DNA of 58,329 bases, filler included, from Jimgerdemannia flammicorona (Eukaryota): NCBI GenBank assembly GCA_003990765.1. It is 2 parts of 2 records of this genome, joined end to end, with 100 filler letters (N's around TTAATTAATTAA, not from the genome) between each part and the next. Parts side by side here need not be neighbours in the genome. Positions count along the whole stretch, not along the records: positions 29,222 to 58,329 come from RBNJ01000517.1; 1 more part is not named here. One strand, given 5' to 3'. The position numbers and the translations under genes are program-made. Shown one piece after another: positions 43,441 to 55,097 of this stretch (position 1 is its first letter; every line of letters starts with the position of its first letter). Below the pieces are notes generated by a model. The model was not told the origin of the DNA. It saw nothing but the letters and a program-made list of their open reading frames with translations, and searched no databases.

Positions 43441-44177
43441 GATAAAGAGTTGTTCGACGCATGCAAATCGCACTAATATATATACAAATTAAAACATTTT
43501 GCACGGCAGCTTTGTCACAGCCCTCCTAGCAAGGGTAAATTATCTTGAACCACATAATTACGTCATATTCCAACTTGGTAGACTCGAGGTTCGAGTAAAG
43601 TAGGAGAGTTCATATGAAACTGCGGGCTTCGAGGACAACGGAACGGTGGAAATTGCCCGTAAACTTGCGGAGAGCCAGGACGGACGGTTTTCTGGCTTAG
43701 AAGAGATTATCGTGTCATAACAAAGAGATTTTCTTCAGAATAATCGAGGATTTTCTAACATGATTAATAGAAGTAGGGCAAAACTTCTAGGTGAAAAATA
43801 GCTCACTGCCAATCGAGGTGAGCACCTTGACCGTAATTCGGAGATTTTTTTCATTCTGATGAGACTGTTACAACATATTATGCTTTGTCTCTGCACCAAA
43901 TCTCCATAGCCATGTTTCAATCCCTGAAAAATCCACCCTTTGTCTAATTTTAGAAAAGACGGAAGCTAAAGTAAGTGTCTATGCAACATTCTGGAAACAA
44001 CAATCAGACATAAGGAATTATGACTCGCTGAAATAAGCATGTAACAGCTTGCTAAATATGCCTCTAAACAAAGCCGCTTATGCGTAAGCGAATTGGCTGG
44101 ATGTAGCATGCTGCCATCACAAATACATAAATAAGCTTTTGATTACGAGATCCTCCTTTGCCGAGAAAATCTATACA

Positions 44178-45689
44178 ATGCTTACTAATACCGGAGAAAA
44201 TGACGCTCAACCAAACCGCATGAGCCAGCTGAATAAACCAGCCATAATTCTCGTCGGAAAGACAGGTAATACCATTCAACGATGCAAGAAAATCCATTCA
44301 ATTCTACTATCACTGAAATTCTGTTAATGTTTGCGTAAAGGCGTCGGAAAGTCAGCCTTTGGGAATCAACTCATCAACTTCTTGACCAGGACTTCCGAGG
44401 CCATTTTCAAAGTGGGCTCCAGCATGGTATACTCCCCATTTCCATTACGTATATATATTTGTCTTTTACCTTATGAGTGGGCTGCTGTCCCGTATTTTTT
44501 CGCCAGTTTTCGGAAACAGAGATCGCTCAGAACCATGCTGTCGCAATCGCGGGCAAAGAATATGAACTCGTCGATATGCCCGGTAGGTTGTGGCAGCGAA
44601 GTCATTACTCTACAAAAGACGTCCACAGACCAACGTCATTGCTACTGTGCTAGGTATTTTCGACACGTGCGGTACCGATGGGCAAATACTTGCCGAGATC
44701 ACCAATGCAATTCAAATGTGTGCTTATGATATTCAGGCGGTTCTGTTTGTGCTAGGTAAGAAACAATCGTAGAGGTCTGCTTTTTTTTTTTTTTTTTTCA
44801 GAAATTGACGCAAAGACATAACACAACACATATCTAACCTGTATAAAAATCGCGTTAATTTCCCGCAGAATTCGGTCGTATGACCCCTGAGGAGTGTCGC
44901 GTCGTCTCTCAAATACTAGGCTTCCTTGGCGCTGAAGTCAAGACGAACTTAATTCTGGTGTTCAGCAAAACCGTCAGTGCCGACATGACTATTGAGCGTG
45001 GCCGGCTCGAGCAAGAGCTCATGAGGGAACCACCTGTGCGTGGGGGAAGGTCACCCATCAACCCGCTAAAAGAGCTTGTGCTCGCCGTCGACAAGCGATG
45101 GGTTATTTTCCCAAATCTCTCCATTTTCCCTGGCCCCGAAAACCCCATCTGGTTGCGCGAGGCCGAGATTTTAATTCAGTACATAGCATCCTTGGAAACG
45201 CTATACACAACCGATATTTTCGTATGTATCGTTGCAATCATGAGATTGAGTATTGGATGTTTTTGTTTTACTAAATGCAGCCCACATACTACGCTTAATA
45301 TATCTCAGGAACGATTCCGTGAGGAGCGTGAACGCCAAGAAAACGAAAAGCGCCTCGCGGAAGAGGAAGAAAAAGGCAAGTTCCGCAAACTTCAGGAGCA
45401 CCAAGAGGAATTGCTCGAGCTGGCAAAAAAGAGCGAAAACCGCCAGCAAGAATTGGAGAAAATGATGGAGCAGCAGAAGAAGGAAATCCTAAATGCAGCC
45501 CGCGAGTCCGCTCAACTCCAGGAGAAACAAAGGAAAGCGCACAATGAAGAGATAAAGAAGAAGGCCCATTCCGAATCCATATTAAAAGGCCATAAAGACC
45601 GAATCAAGCAACAACAAAATCAATTGGAAGCTATGCAGAAAGATTTCGAAGAATTCAAAAGGAAACAATCGGGGTGCATCATTTCATAA
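44178..45689 (+). CDS. AIG1/GIMAP-like P-loop GTPase with coiled coil and C-terminal CaaX (CIIS)
   Basis: Phase-consistent exons 44178-44265, 44341-44426, 44507-44582, 44654-44755, 44869-45221 and 45309-45689. G1 GKTGVGKS, G3 DMPG-IFDT, AVLFVL, GRMTPEE, G4-like ILVFSK, an E/K/Q-rich tail and GCIIS*. The start could instead be ATG 44220. Confidence 0.88.
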
Positions 45690-46869
45690 ACCGGATCGTG
45701 TTGTGCAAACTCTGACTGACGGCTTGTTTCCAGAGCAATATACGCGCTTTTTCAATTTTTTTTTTTTTTTTTTTTTTTTAGCTCGGAGTCGCATTATGTC
45801 ATGTTCGGTTGACTCTTTCAATTCATGTAAATCCCTATAAAACGACTAGTTCGACTTCGGAAAATCTCTTTGATCCATATTTAAGATGATGGGCGCATAT
45901 ATGGTTGTCAAGCAAGGATTCTCGAACCGCCGGACTGACACGTATCTGAACCTTGAACTAACACGGTGCCGAAGGCTACCATTCACTAGCACGACATTCT
46001 TCGGCGCTTCCGTGCATCGGGACGTTTCAGTCAGCTAGAATTCGTTGTATTCATTGTCACCTTTGTCAGGAAAAAAGTTGCGCAAAAGGTAGTTCCATCT
46101 TTTAAACTGGGCGAACAATGATTCAAATACAAAATACGCAGAAGGCAAATATACGTTAACGATTTGCAATCCTGACGTAACACGTTCAATAAACCAATTC
46201 CACAATATGCCAATCGCACAAAGGCAATGAGACGAACTTGCGATATAAACGAAGCGAGCTATTTTTATTGTTGGATTCAACAACGTATGACCTCGTCCTT
46301 TTAATTGCATATACCTTATCGCAATTTTACACTACGAAAGCGAGTATATGGCGTGAAATTGAGCGTCTCCCCAAAGCAAGGTCAAGTAAGTTGCTACAAA
46401 TTCTTTAGGTGAAATCCCGTCGCTCATTCTACAGTGTCTCTTGCAACCTTTAATCACAGCTAACTATATGTCACATATCTTCCGTAATATTCCCGGTGAC
46501 CAGTTGGATACTTACAACGAGCAAGTTCTCCCTTAATATACTGATACACTAATTTAGTTGAAACAAACAAACAAGGAAATGTTCCCAGAACAAAACGAGT
46601 ATAATTAGTATCGGTTCGCGTAGCAAAAAGAGCCTGATAAGTATCGATTCCCGGAACATAGAGAATGGAGATCTTTGTGAAGCTGATGGAGCAAGTAACG
46701 CCAGAATAACAATGTAACAGATCTCAGAAAATTAAATACAGCTAATCACAACATACCAGACGGTATGAGAATCAGAAACAGTGACAGCAAGAAATGCAGC
46801 AAAAAGAATGTATCGGGTGTCGTGAAACCAATAGTGCACTTCACTTCAAAGAAAGGACGGGCGAGGATT

Positions 46870-47600
46870 TAAGGAATATGGGTGTGCTGAATTCCATGTA
46901 AGTCGGAACACGGATCTCGGACTATAAATTGTAATACGGGTGTCGTACTATCGGAATATGGGTTTCGCGCTTAGTTCCGAGTAAATTAGAATACTGACAT
47001 CGTGCTGGCTCAGAGTACGGGTTTCTTGCTGAATTCCGCGTATGTCATAATATGGTTAGGGTTAGGGTTAGGGTTAGGGTCGTCGTTCTGCCTAAATTCC
47101 GCGTAAGTCAGAATATCGATGTCGTTCTGCTTAAATTCCTTGTAAGTCAGAATACCGAAAGTCAGAATACGGACGTCGAGCAGGGTCGGAATACAGTATT
47201 CATTCTTAGCTGTACGGCGGAATATGAGAAGTCAGAATACATACTGGATGGGAATACGGGTGCCGTGCAGAATTCACTGTAAGTCAGAATATGGACGTCG
47301 TGCTGTAAATCGGAATACGGGCGTCGTGCTAGGACGGAATATGGGTGTCGTTCTTAATTCCCTGTACGGAAGTCGGAATACAGGCTAGATGGGAATACGG
47401 GTGTCGTGCTGTAAGTCGGAATGTGGGTGTCGTGAGCTGAATTCCCTGTGAGTAGGAATATGAGAAGCCGGAATACGAGAAGTCTGAATATGGGGGGTCG
47501 TGCAGGATCGGAATACGGGTGTCGTGTTAAATTACTTGTACGTCAAAATATGGACGTCGTACTGTAAGTCGAAATATGGTTGTCGTGATGGGTCGAAATA
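46870..47600 (+). repeat. Complex modular minisatellite (GTCGGAATAY / GGGTGTCGTGCT / GAATTCCYTGTAA modules)
   Basis: Roughly 25 degenerate copies of (G/A)AATAY(GG) with shuffled downstream modules. Confidence 0.9.
47056..47079 (+). repeat. Interstitial telomeric repeat (TTAGGG)4
   Basis: Four perfect TTAGGG units. Confidence 0.95.
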
Positions 47601-47943
47601 TAAAGCAAACGAAGGTACGGATACCCTCATCTGAAAAATAACGACATGTCCTTGGCATACATACGGATTATGATGCTATCAATGCTAAAGTGCAAAACCA
47701 TTGACATGGCCGCGAGACATTCGCAGTCTCAAGCCGCACGACTTTGTACGAAATCCCCACACCTTTGTATGTCTAATTGGTACTCTTGTAGAATTCTCAT
47801 AAATCAAGGAAATGAGAGAATTTTAATATTAACAGTTGGAAGCTCAAAGATGGAATCTTTTCCACACCAGCGATTGGTCATCAACTCTTCCTACAAGAGA
47901 ATCAACTTCTTCATTGCTTTGCACCCATTCCACCTTTCCCAAC

Positions 47944-49540
47944 ATGCTCATCACCGCGCTCTACTTGCTCTGTGTTTTCCTGGCCGCCTTAGCTCGAGTA
48001 TCGCCTGTTAACGAATCAAATATTGGAGACGATGATTTCGAAGCTGCAGAGTGTGAGTGACCTATCCGTGGACAATGATTTTCCATCCATGGAGGCGTGC
48101 GCGTCAACATCCATGTGACCAATTCTTATCCAGGTTCAGTTGGTGAAGTCGCCCGCGTCGGTCCGAATGGCTTCTGTAAAAGGAAAGGACGAGGCGATAA
48201 TTAGCAATAAGATAATTAACTTACTGCCTCGTCAGTAGTAATGGAGGAACTTTCTTGATTCCAGTTTAACGTGAAGGCGGAATAGAGCTTTTTGTAGTCG
48301 TTGGTGTGCGTTTTGTACAAGGTACTGTACGGATTTGCGGCGGCGGCGGCAAGAGTGGCAGAGACCTTGGCATGAGGATCAGCACCCTTGAAAGAATAAT
48401 TAGCGGCTGCATTTCCGTTGCTTTGATTATAGTTCGTTCCAGCAGCTAAGATGAGATATCCTTGCTTTGCACCCGTCACTTGAATGGTACCACCCTGGCA
48501 GCTTGCGGAGCCACCTTCGGTAATAACCTGAACCAAAAAAAAAACGGGATCAAAATCGTCGTCATTAGTAATGCCACGATTGGGTTCTGCGAACAAGGGT
48601 TCTTAAGTAAATTGTCTTTCCTATCTCTTCCTTTCTATTTTACAGTTTGCCCTCTAATCTCAATTACACTGTTAAATCTCAACAGTTTGCCGCCCTTGTG
48701 TAACGGGTACTGGCTTCAATATCAACTGGTAAAGATTTTATGACACGATTCGGAATTATGCACTCACAAAGTGTCCCGCGCATGAGGAGGCTAACGTGAG
48801 ATGAATAGTGTTCTATATAAAATGAATCTAATGTGGGACATGGGTTTGGCTCAAAGGAAGCATACGCTTCCGAAGGCCCGCCAATCGCATTCGTATGCGA
48901 AGAGGCCGGGCGCACATTTATTGTTCCAAAGGGGGATGGGTGGGAGGGGTGCGTGAAATCGATTGATACGAATTACTAACGACGATTGCTAGAGTATGTT
49001 GAGGGAAATGTGTGGCCGCTGCCTAACTCTTGGGCATGCGGTTGGAGCTCGGGCTAGCTAAGGTAGGGTGCAGAAAGCGATTGAAACTGACTAAGCTAAG
49101 ATGGTGGATTGCATGATTACGTTGCATGAATGTTTAAGCGCATGGTAGGGTGCAGGAAGCGATTGAAACTGACTAATCTAAGATGGTAGTTGCATTGCGC
49201 GATGAATGTTAGACGCACAAGTGTTAAGCGCAATGGCCACTTTGCTGCATTTTGAACTACGTTCACAACTATATCAATTTTTTCTCACTCGCCCGAGACA
49301 TACAATCATCGGTTCAGCAATGGTGCGTTTCCGTCGTGCTGCAAAGAGCAATGTAGGCCCGGAGACTCCAGAGGGGTAGAGGTTTCCCGCAACAACCTCC
49401 TTGCGAAACTCGGTAAACTTAAAGTATCGAAATCCATCAAAACCGCCAAGGGACGGCCTCTCAGAACAAGGAAGCAGGCCAAAGAATTCAAAGCGAATCG
49501 TTCTAAGAAAACAAAACCGAAATCGAGGGCTGTGACGTAA
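47944..49540 (+). pseudogene. Small secreted Cys-rich protein, copy 1 (disrupted)
   Basis: Signal-peptide-like MLITALYLLCVFLAALARVSP. Exons and introns are homologous to 50244-50839. Exon 2 is interrupted by the 48178-48566 insertion and intron 3 is expanded by about 500 bp. The last exon reads CNGAFPSCCKEQC followed by a K/R-rich tail. Confidence 0.8.
48178..48566 (-). pseudogene. Captured fragment of a GH95 (alpha-L-fucosidase-like) gene: one exon plus flanking intron sequence
   Basis: AAGTNYNQSNGNAAANYSFKGADPHAKV...YSTLYKTHTNDYKKLY matches the fungal GH95 N-terminal pattern. It is bounded by TTCAG| and |GTAAGT on the minus strand. Confidence 0.8.
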
Positions 49541-50243
49541 AAAGCCGTAACCAAGGCGTAACGCGAAATCTTAACGCTTGTCTTGCAAAGTTTTCAAACA
49601 CTTTTAATTGAAGTGTATCTGTTTTAAAGGTGCCAATATGTACCAGTGTCATGTAGTTCAACATACTCAACATATAAATAAAGGAAAATATCAAAGATCG
49701 AGCACGCGTTCTTTGGTAAGGAGAAAAATATGGTGGTTTTGAACCAAAAAGGGACCATCCATAGCGGGATGATTCATGCTCATCATTCGGTGCTACCTTG
49801 TGTTTCACAAAAATATCAATTCAATCTGCAGCTAAGGCTGGAGGATGTCGAACAAAAAAAGATACCAATATTCTGATCCTAAGCCCTGGTTTAACACTGG
49901 CATACATAAGATAGTCTGTGATGCTCTCTGTACAAAAGTGCAAAGATCATTGATGTGGCCACGAGAATTTCATAAGATCAAAGTATATGACTTTATATAG
50001 AATTCTTACAATTTGTACATTTGATCTGGTGCTGTTGCAGAGGTTTCATAAATAATAGGGATGACATTAAAAATTGGAATTTAAATGTTAAAATACGATA
50101 AAATCAGCGATAAATTCATCAACTCACATCCAACAAGTAAATAATTTTCACCAACGCGAGAGGAATGGCTTTGAATTTGTATTAAAATAGGCGCCAAAAC
50201 TCTTCGTCTCCATTCCACCTTGTTCAGTTCCCATTTCCCCAAC

Positions 50244-50839
50244 ATGCTCATCATTGCATTCTGCTCCCTCTGTGTTTTCCTGGCTGCCTTAGTTCGCGGA
50301 TCGCCCAATATTGGAAACAATGATTTCGAAGGTGCAGAATGTGAGTGGACTCGGATTTTTGTCCATGGAAGTGTGTGCACCCACGTAACAAGACATTTTT
50401 CAGGCCCAGATGGTAAAGGCTCCTGTTTCGGTCCGTTTGGCCCCTGTGGTACCACCACGCTCAAGTTCTATGATCAAAGGACCAGTTGTAAATTTTCTTT
50501 CCTCTCTCTTTCTGTTCTATATTACAGTTTGTGCTATAATATCCGTCATCCCAACAAGTTGCAAATTTTGTGTAAACGAATTTGGCTTCAATGACGACTG
50601 GTAAAGATTTTATGGTGCGATTCAGTATCTTTCACTCAATTTATGCTTACTCACCCGAGACGTACAATAACCGGTTCAGCCGTAGCACGTTTTCGACATG
50701 CTGCTCATCGGGCTGCAATGCCATAGAGCCCCAAGCAGATCACTCCTTGCGAAACCGGACAAACCCAAAGTATCAAACCCTCTCAAGTCGCCAAGGGATC
50801 CAAGAAGCTGGCCAAAGCATCGAAAGCAAGGCGTCCTAA
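50244..50839 (+). CDS. Small secreted cysteine-rich protein, copy 2 (~137 aa, 10 Cys in the mature part)
   Basis: Exons 50244-50340, 50404-50487, 50528-50600 and 50680-50839 are phase-consistent, with splice sites conserved in the paralog. Hydrophobic N-terminus MLIIAFCSLCVFLAALVRG-SP. Intron 2 is only 40 nt. Confidence 0.72.
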
Positions 50840-52166
50840 GAAATCAAAATCAAAACCGAAGGTGCACAAGTAAAATCGTAAACCAAAGTGTAGCGCGAAA
50901 TAAACCGTAACGATTGTCTTGAATTTTCCGATTGTTGCAAAGTTTTTTCAAACACTTTAAATGGAAGTGTTGTCGGTTTCTCAGGTCTCAAAATCAACCA
51001 ATATCATGTAGCTCAACACGCTCCACATGTGAATAAAAGAAATAACTCGAAGCTCGAACACGCGTTCTTCGGTAAGATCTTATCACATGTGGGTTGGGAA
51101 TACGTCAGCTGTAACTACAGCAATTTTTCGTTTAGGTGCACAGCATAGCAACCAAATGTTCTTCGTATTATTGGATGTAAATTGCGGGTCAAGTAGAATA
51201 CAAATTAGTGTTGTCCACGATGAAGGGACACGATTTCATAAACTCTCCACCTGATACAGGAGAATAAAACCGTTTACATCATTTGTATATTAACGTCCGC
51301 ATTGGCGGAGATTGACGAGGTGAAGGATGCGATCAATGGATTTAAGCTCGACAGGCGAGATTTGCAGGCTACTTTTTGTAATATTTCCAGGTATAAACCC
51401 CTGCCGCCCACTGCTGCCGTCGTTAGTGTTTCCAACGTCATGATCTTGAAACTGTAGGATAATCATTTTGGGATTATGTTTGAAGGTTTCGACACAATCG
51501 ATCGTGACTATAAAAATCGACATTTGCAACTATTGGCTTGTCAAATCATCTATATTAGGGAGCCGTCATGTTTCGCATGATACCAGTTAACCGAGTTTGC
51601 ATCCGCAAAATCGCTCTAACAGTATGATAACGCATAGCGTGAGACCAGAAGAATAGCGGTCACGACATCGCCATTCATCGCATCTTCAGGCAAAACAAAT
51701 ATATTTAATTGATTGAAAGACAGGATGACCCTGTAGCATTGCGCACATTGAAAAGAATAGCCCCCAATCCAGCTACGTGCTATCACTGGATTTCTTTATG
51801 AGAAATGTGAGATTTTTTGTTATTTAAATCACGAATTTATTTGTTCGTAATGTTTGTAACATTGCATGCTTGTTGACCAAGAGTCTGTGCAAAGTAGCGA
51901 GGTTCATGTTAGACCCTCATATCCTGTTGAATGAATGGATTCATTTTGGTGAAACGCCTTCTGGTACCTGCTTAGCAGTTAGCTGTATAAACTCCAGTGA
52001 GGTTTCTGTAACATTCCCGAATGTGTGAATTCACTATTCTTTGCGCAAATTGAATCAAGATGAATTTTATTTCAATCGAAGCAAACGACATAAAGGAAAA
52101 TATCAATTACGATGCTCATCTGAAGATAGCAATGGACATATACAGTAGGTTCTAGACAAAGAATAC

Positions 52167-53380
52167 TGTGCCAAGCCAAAACGTACCACTCGAATTATAA
52201 CTTAGTCAGATGACATGAACACATAGCAACACAGCAACCATTGCTGCGGAAAACTGTATAAATAGCCAGACTACCAGAAAAGGTATACCTGTGCAGGACC
52301 TGCACACCTGCACACTTGTGCTGGACCTGCACAATTTGCCATAAATAGCAAATCTATAGTTAGCCACATAATAACCAGATAGCAACCACAATGTATAAAA
52401 TACCCCAGAGACAAAAGTTCGCTTTCCGATACAAAGAAGAGTCCGAATTGAATCCAAAGCAAAAGTCAAGTCTGCCTACCACACTTCAAGAGGAACTCTA
52501 CAGCCACTGCTAGGAGATTGTGAGTAAAGTATTCCTTTCCACTCTGGTCCACTTTCCGATACAAAGCCTTGGTTCGCTTGCCAGATAAGCCTGAAGATTT
52601 GCTGCCAAAAGTTCAAGGAAGAACTTCGCCGCCTTTTGAAGAGAAACCCGTTTTCAAGAGAAGTCCGCCATCTTGCACAAAGCCAGTCTGTTGACGCAAC
52701 TTCGCAGTGAACTTGTTCGCGCAAACGAAGCCAGTCTTGACGTAACTTTGCCAAGAACCCACATTCCCAGAAGCCCGCCGATTCAGGAAGGATCCGCGGC
52801 ATCCGAGTTATTGAATTACCCACCCTCCGAGTTATCTGAATATCCGCCACCCGAGTTATTCATCCGTTCCCAGTGAGCCCAATTCAGAAGAATCCGCGCC
52901 ACCCGTTATTCCCAGAAGAACCGCCGAGTTATTACTCCCAGAAGCCCGCCGATTCAGGAAGAATCCGCCGCCAGTGTAATTCCCAGTGAGCCGATTCAGG
53001 AGAATCCGCACCAAATCGAGTTATCCGCCAAATTGTCAGAACGTCACGCATAAGGAATCCGCCAGAGATCGTCGCGCTACACAAGAGATCGTCACGCAGA
53101 AATCGCATAAGGAGAACCGCCAAATTGCCAGACCGTCACGCATAAGGAACACTCGTGCCACATACACAAATCGCCGCTACACCCAGAGAACCGTCCCAAT
53201 AAGGAAATCGACATACAAATCGACCGTTGTATCCAGACTTGACTATTATACCACTAAACACCAAGGACCTCAGGAACTCTAGAACATTCTGTTGCTTTTG
53301 ACAAAGTAACTGGGGGCTCAAGCCAAACTACATCAACCCCCAACCTTGTAATTTGCCTCCATTGAGCCAGGCACGTTACA
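52167..53380 (+). mobile_element. Solo LTR (1214 bp) of the same Gypsy family
   Basis: TGTGCC...GTTACA, 4-bp TSD ATAC (52163-52166 and 53381-53384). Removing it restores sequence homologous to 55020-55130. Confidence 0.92.
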
Positions 53381-53429
53381 ATACCAATGTTCCACAACTA
53401 TATATATATATATGGCATTACACTTTCGC

Positions 53430-53745
53430 AATAGAAAACACCTCGTAATCGGCGACCGTAAAACTTTGCGCACCAGCGAGAGTCGTGTTCGATGCACCGG
53501 TACCGGAATAACAATTTGGTAAGTTGCTGCTGCATGATGCCACGTTCGCCTTATCCTTAATCCAAATATCATTCCCCGTTCAGAATTGTAGCTCGCATAT
53601 GCAGGATTGGCGAATGTGAATTTCACCAGTTGTTGTCGATACAATCCATCTTTCAAAGCAACAAAAAGTTTTTACTGGACTGAGCCCAGCTATGTTCGAT
53701 TGCCAAGATTTGAAGTTGACACCGCCAAAAAGATGTCCGTCGGAA
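53430..53745 (-). pseudogene. 3' fragment of a BTB-TLDc paralog (TLDc C-terminus)
   Basis: Clear nucleotide homology to 55110-55465, with a deletion. Truncated by an AT-rich block at 53746. Confidence 0.85.
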
Positions 53746-53823
53746 TTTTTTATAAATAATATAATTATATAGTATATCTGTTATTAATTATAAGATAAGA
53801 GTAATAGTGGTCACCATAATACC

Positions 53824-53843
53824 TTTTTTTTTTTTTTTTTTTT

Positions 53844-53888
<45 letters not shown>

Positions 53889-54502
53889 TTTTATATTTCT
53901 GTTTTATTTATCTTTTAAAATTGATTATACTCTCAAATACTCATTACAAATGATATATGATTTTGTAAATTTACAGTTTTTCGACCTTGAGACCATCCTT
54001 GAAGAATGTGAAATAGGGAGTGACACCATCCTCACGATAGTTCAACAAAGCAACCATGGCCTCAGGATCCATACTCTCACCAACGAAGAATTCGTAATCC
54101 TTGAAATTTTCGAGGATCCTCTTAACACGGGTAGCGGCATTCTTTTCGAAGGTGGCAACGCGATCAGGGTTGGAGCTGGCGAGTTCTCCCTTAAGCTTCT
54201 TCATGTAACCTTTGATGTAGGTCATGTAGGACTTTTTATCAAAGACTGTTGACTGCAAGCGAAAAGAGTACACGACGTTGTTGACCGTTTCGACACCGTC
54301 CTCCCACCCTCATCGGCCTCCTCAGCAGATGGGTTGGCACCAATGTCAACATCGGCACCTTGCTTCACTTGAATCATCTTGCAATCGACCTCATAAAGGG
54401 TATCATCGATTTCTTTGACGGGGAAAGCGTCAGAAAAGAGCTCGTCGCCGGAAAGAATATCACGGTAGAGAAGCATGGTGACAGATTGCTGAAGCTTGAG
54501 TT
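53824..54502 (-). pseudogene. TCTP: Processed retrocopy of translationally controlled tumour protein (TCTP/Tma19)
   Basis: Intronless [16 protein letters not shown]...[10 protein letters not shown]...FFVGESMDPEAMVALLNYREDGVTPYFTFFKDGLKVEKL, from ATG 54476 to TAA 53971 (506 nt, one-base frameshift near 54304). Poly-T 53824-53885 and a 17-bp TSD GTGG(T/C)CACCATAATACC at 53807-53823 and 54503-54519. Confidence 0.95.
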
Positions 54503-55097
54503 GTGGCCACCATAATACCATTCATATCATCTTTAGACTAAATAAATATATTTTATCAATTGGAATATATAACACTATATATATACTCAAAATGGATATA
54601 AAAGAGAATAGCCTACAATCTTTATATAATATTACTAAATTTCTTTTTGAAAAATATGAGAGATTTTTGAGATATAGGTCACTTTTATAATATTTATAAC
54701 ATTATAGATCTGTCAAACAGAAGTTTATACAAAATGATGAGATTATATAAAATGCTCAGTTTCTTGTTAAATTGAACAGATTAATTTAATATATATATAT
54801 ATAGTAAAACCTCCTATATTGTCAGCTCAGGGGTTAGCTTATATAAACTCAGGTTTTATAATATTTCCATGTATGTGAATTAATAATTCTTTACAGATCT
54901 CATCATCTGTGCACACAAATTGAATCAAGATGAATTTAATTTCAATTGAGGCAAAATACATAGAGAAAAATGGCAATTCAGATACTAGTCTGAGGATAGC
55001 AACATAATCATTGGTCATATACAGTAGGTTCTAGAAAAAAAAAAAAAAATAACAATATTCTACAACTATATATACTATTCTGCAACATTACATGGCA

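Noticed and set aside
46870..47600. CRISPR-like appearance of the repeat array
   Set aside because: Units are degenerate and built from recurring modules rather than unique spacers. There are no cas genes and the context is eukaryotic.
51290..51580. Protein-like plus-strand frame (DEVKDAINGFKLDRRDLQ…) with an internal stop
   Set aside because: Cannot assign a start, splice sites or family.
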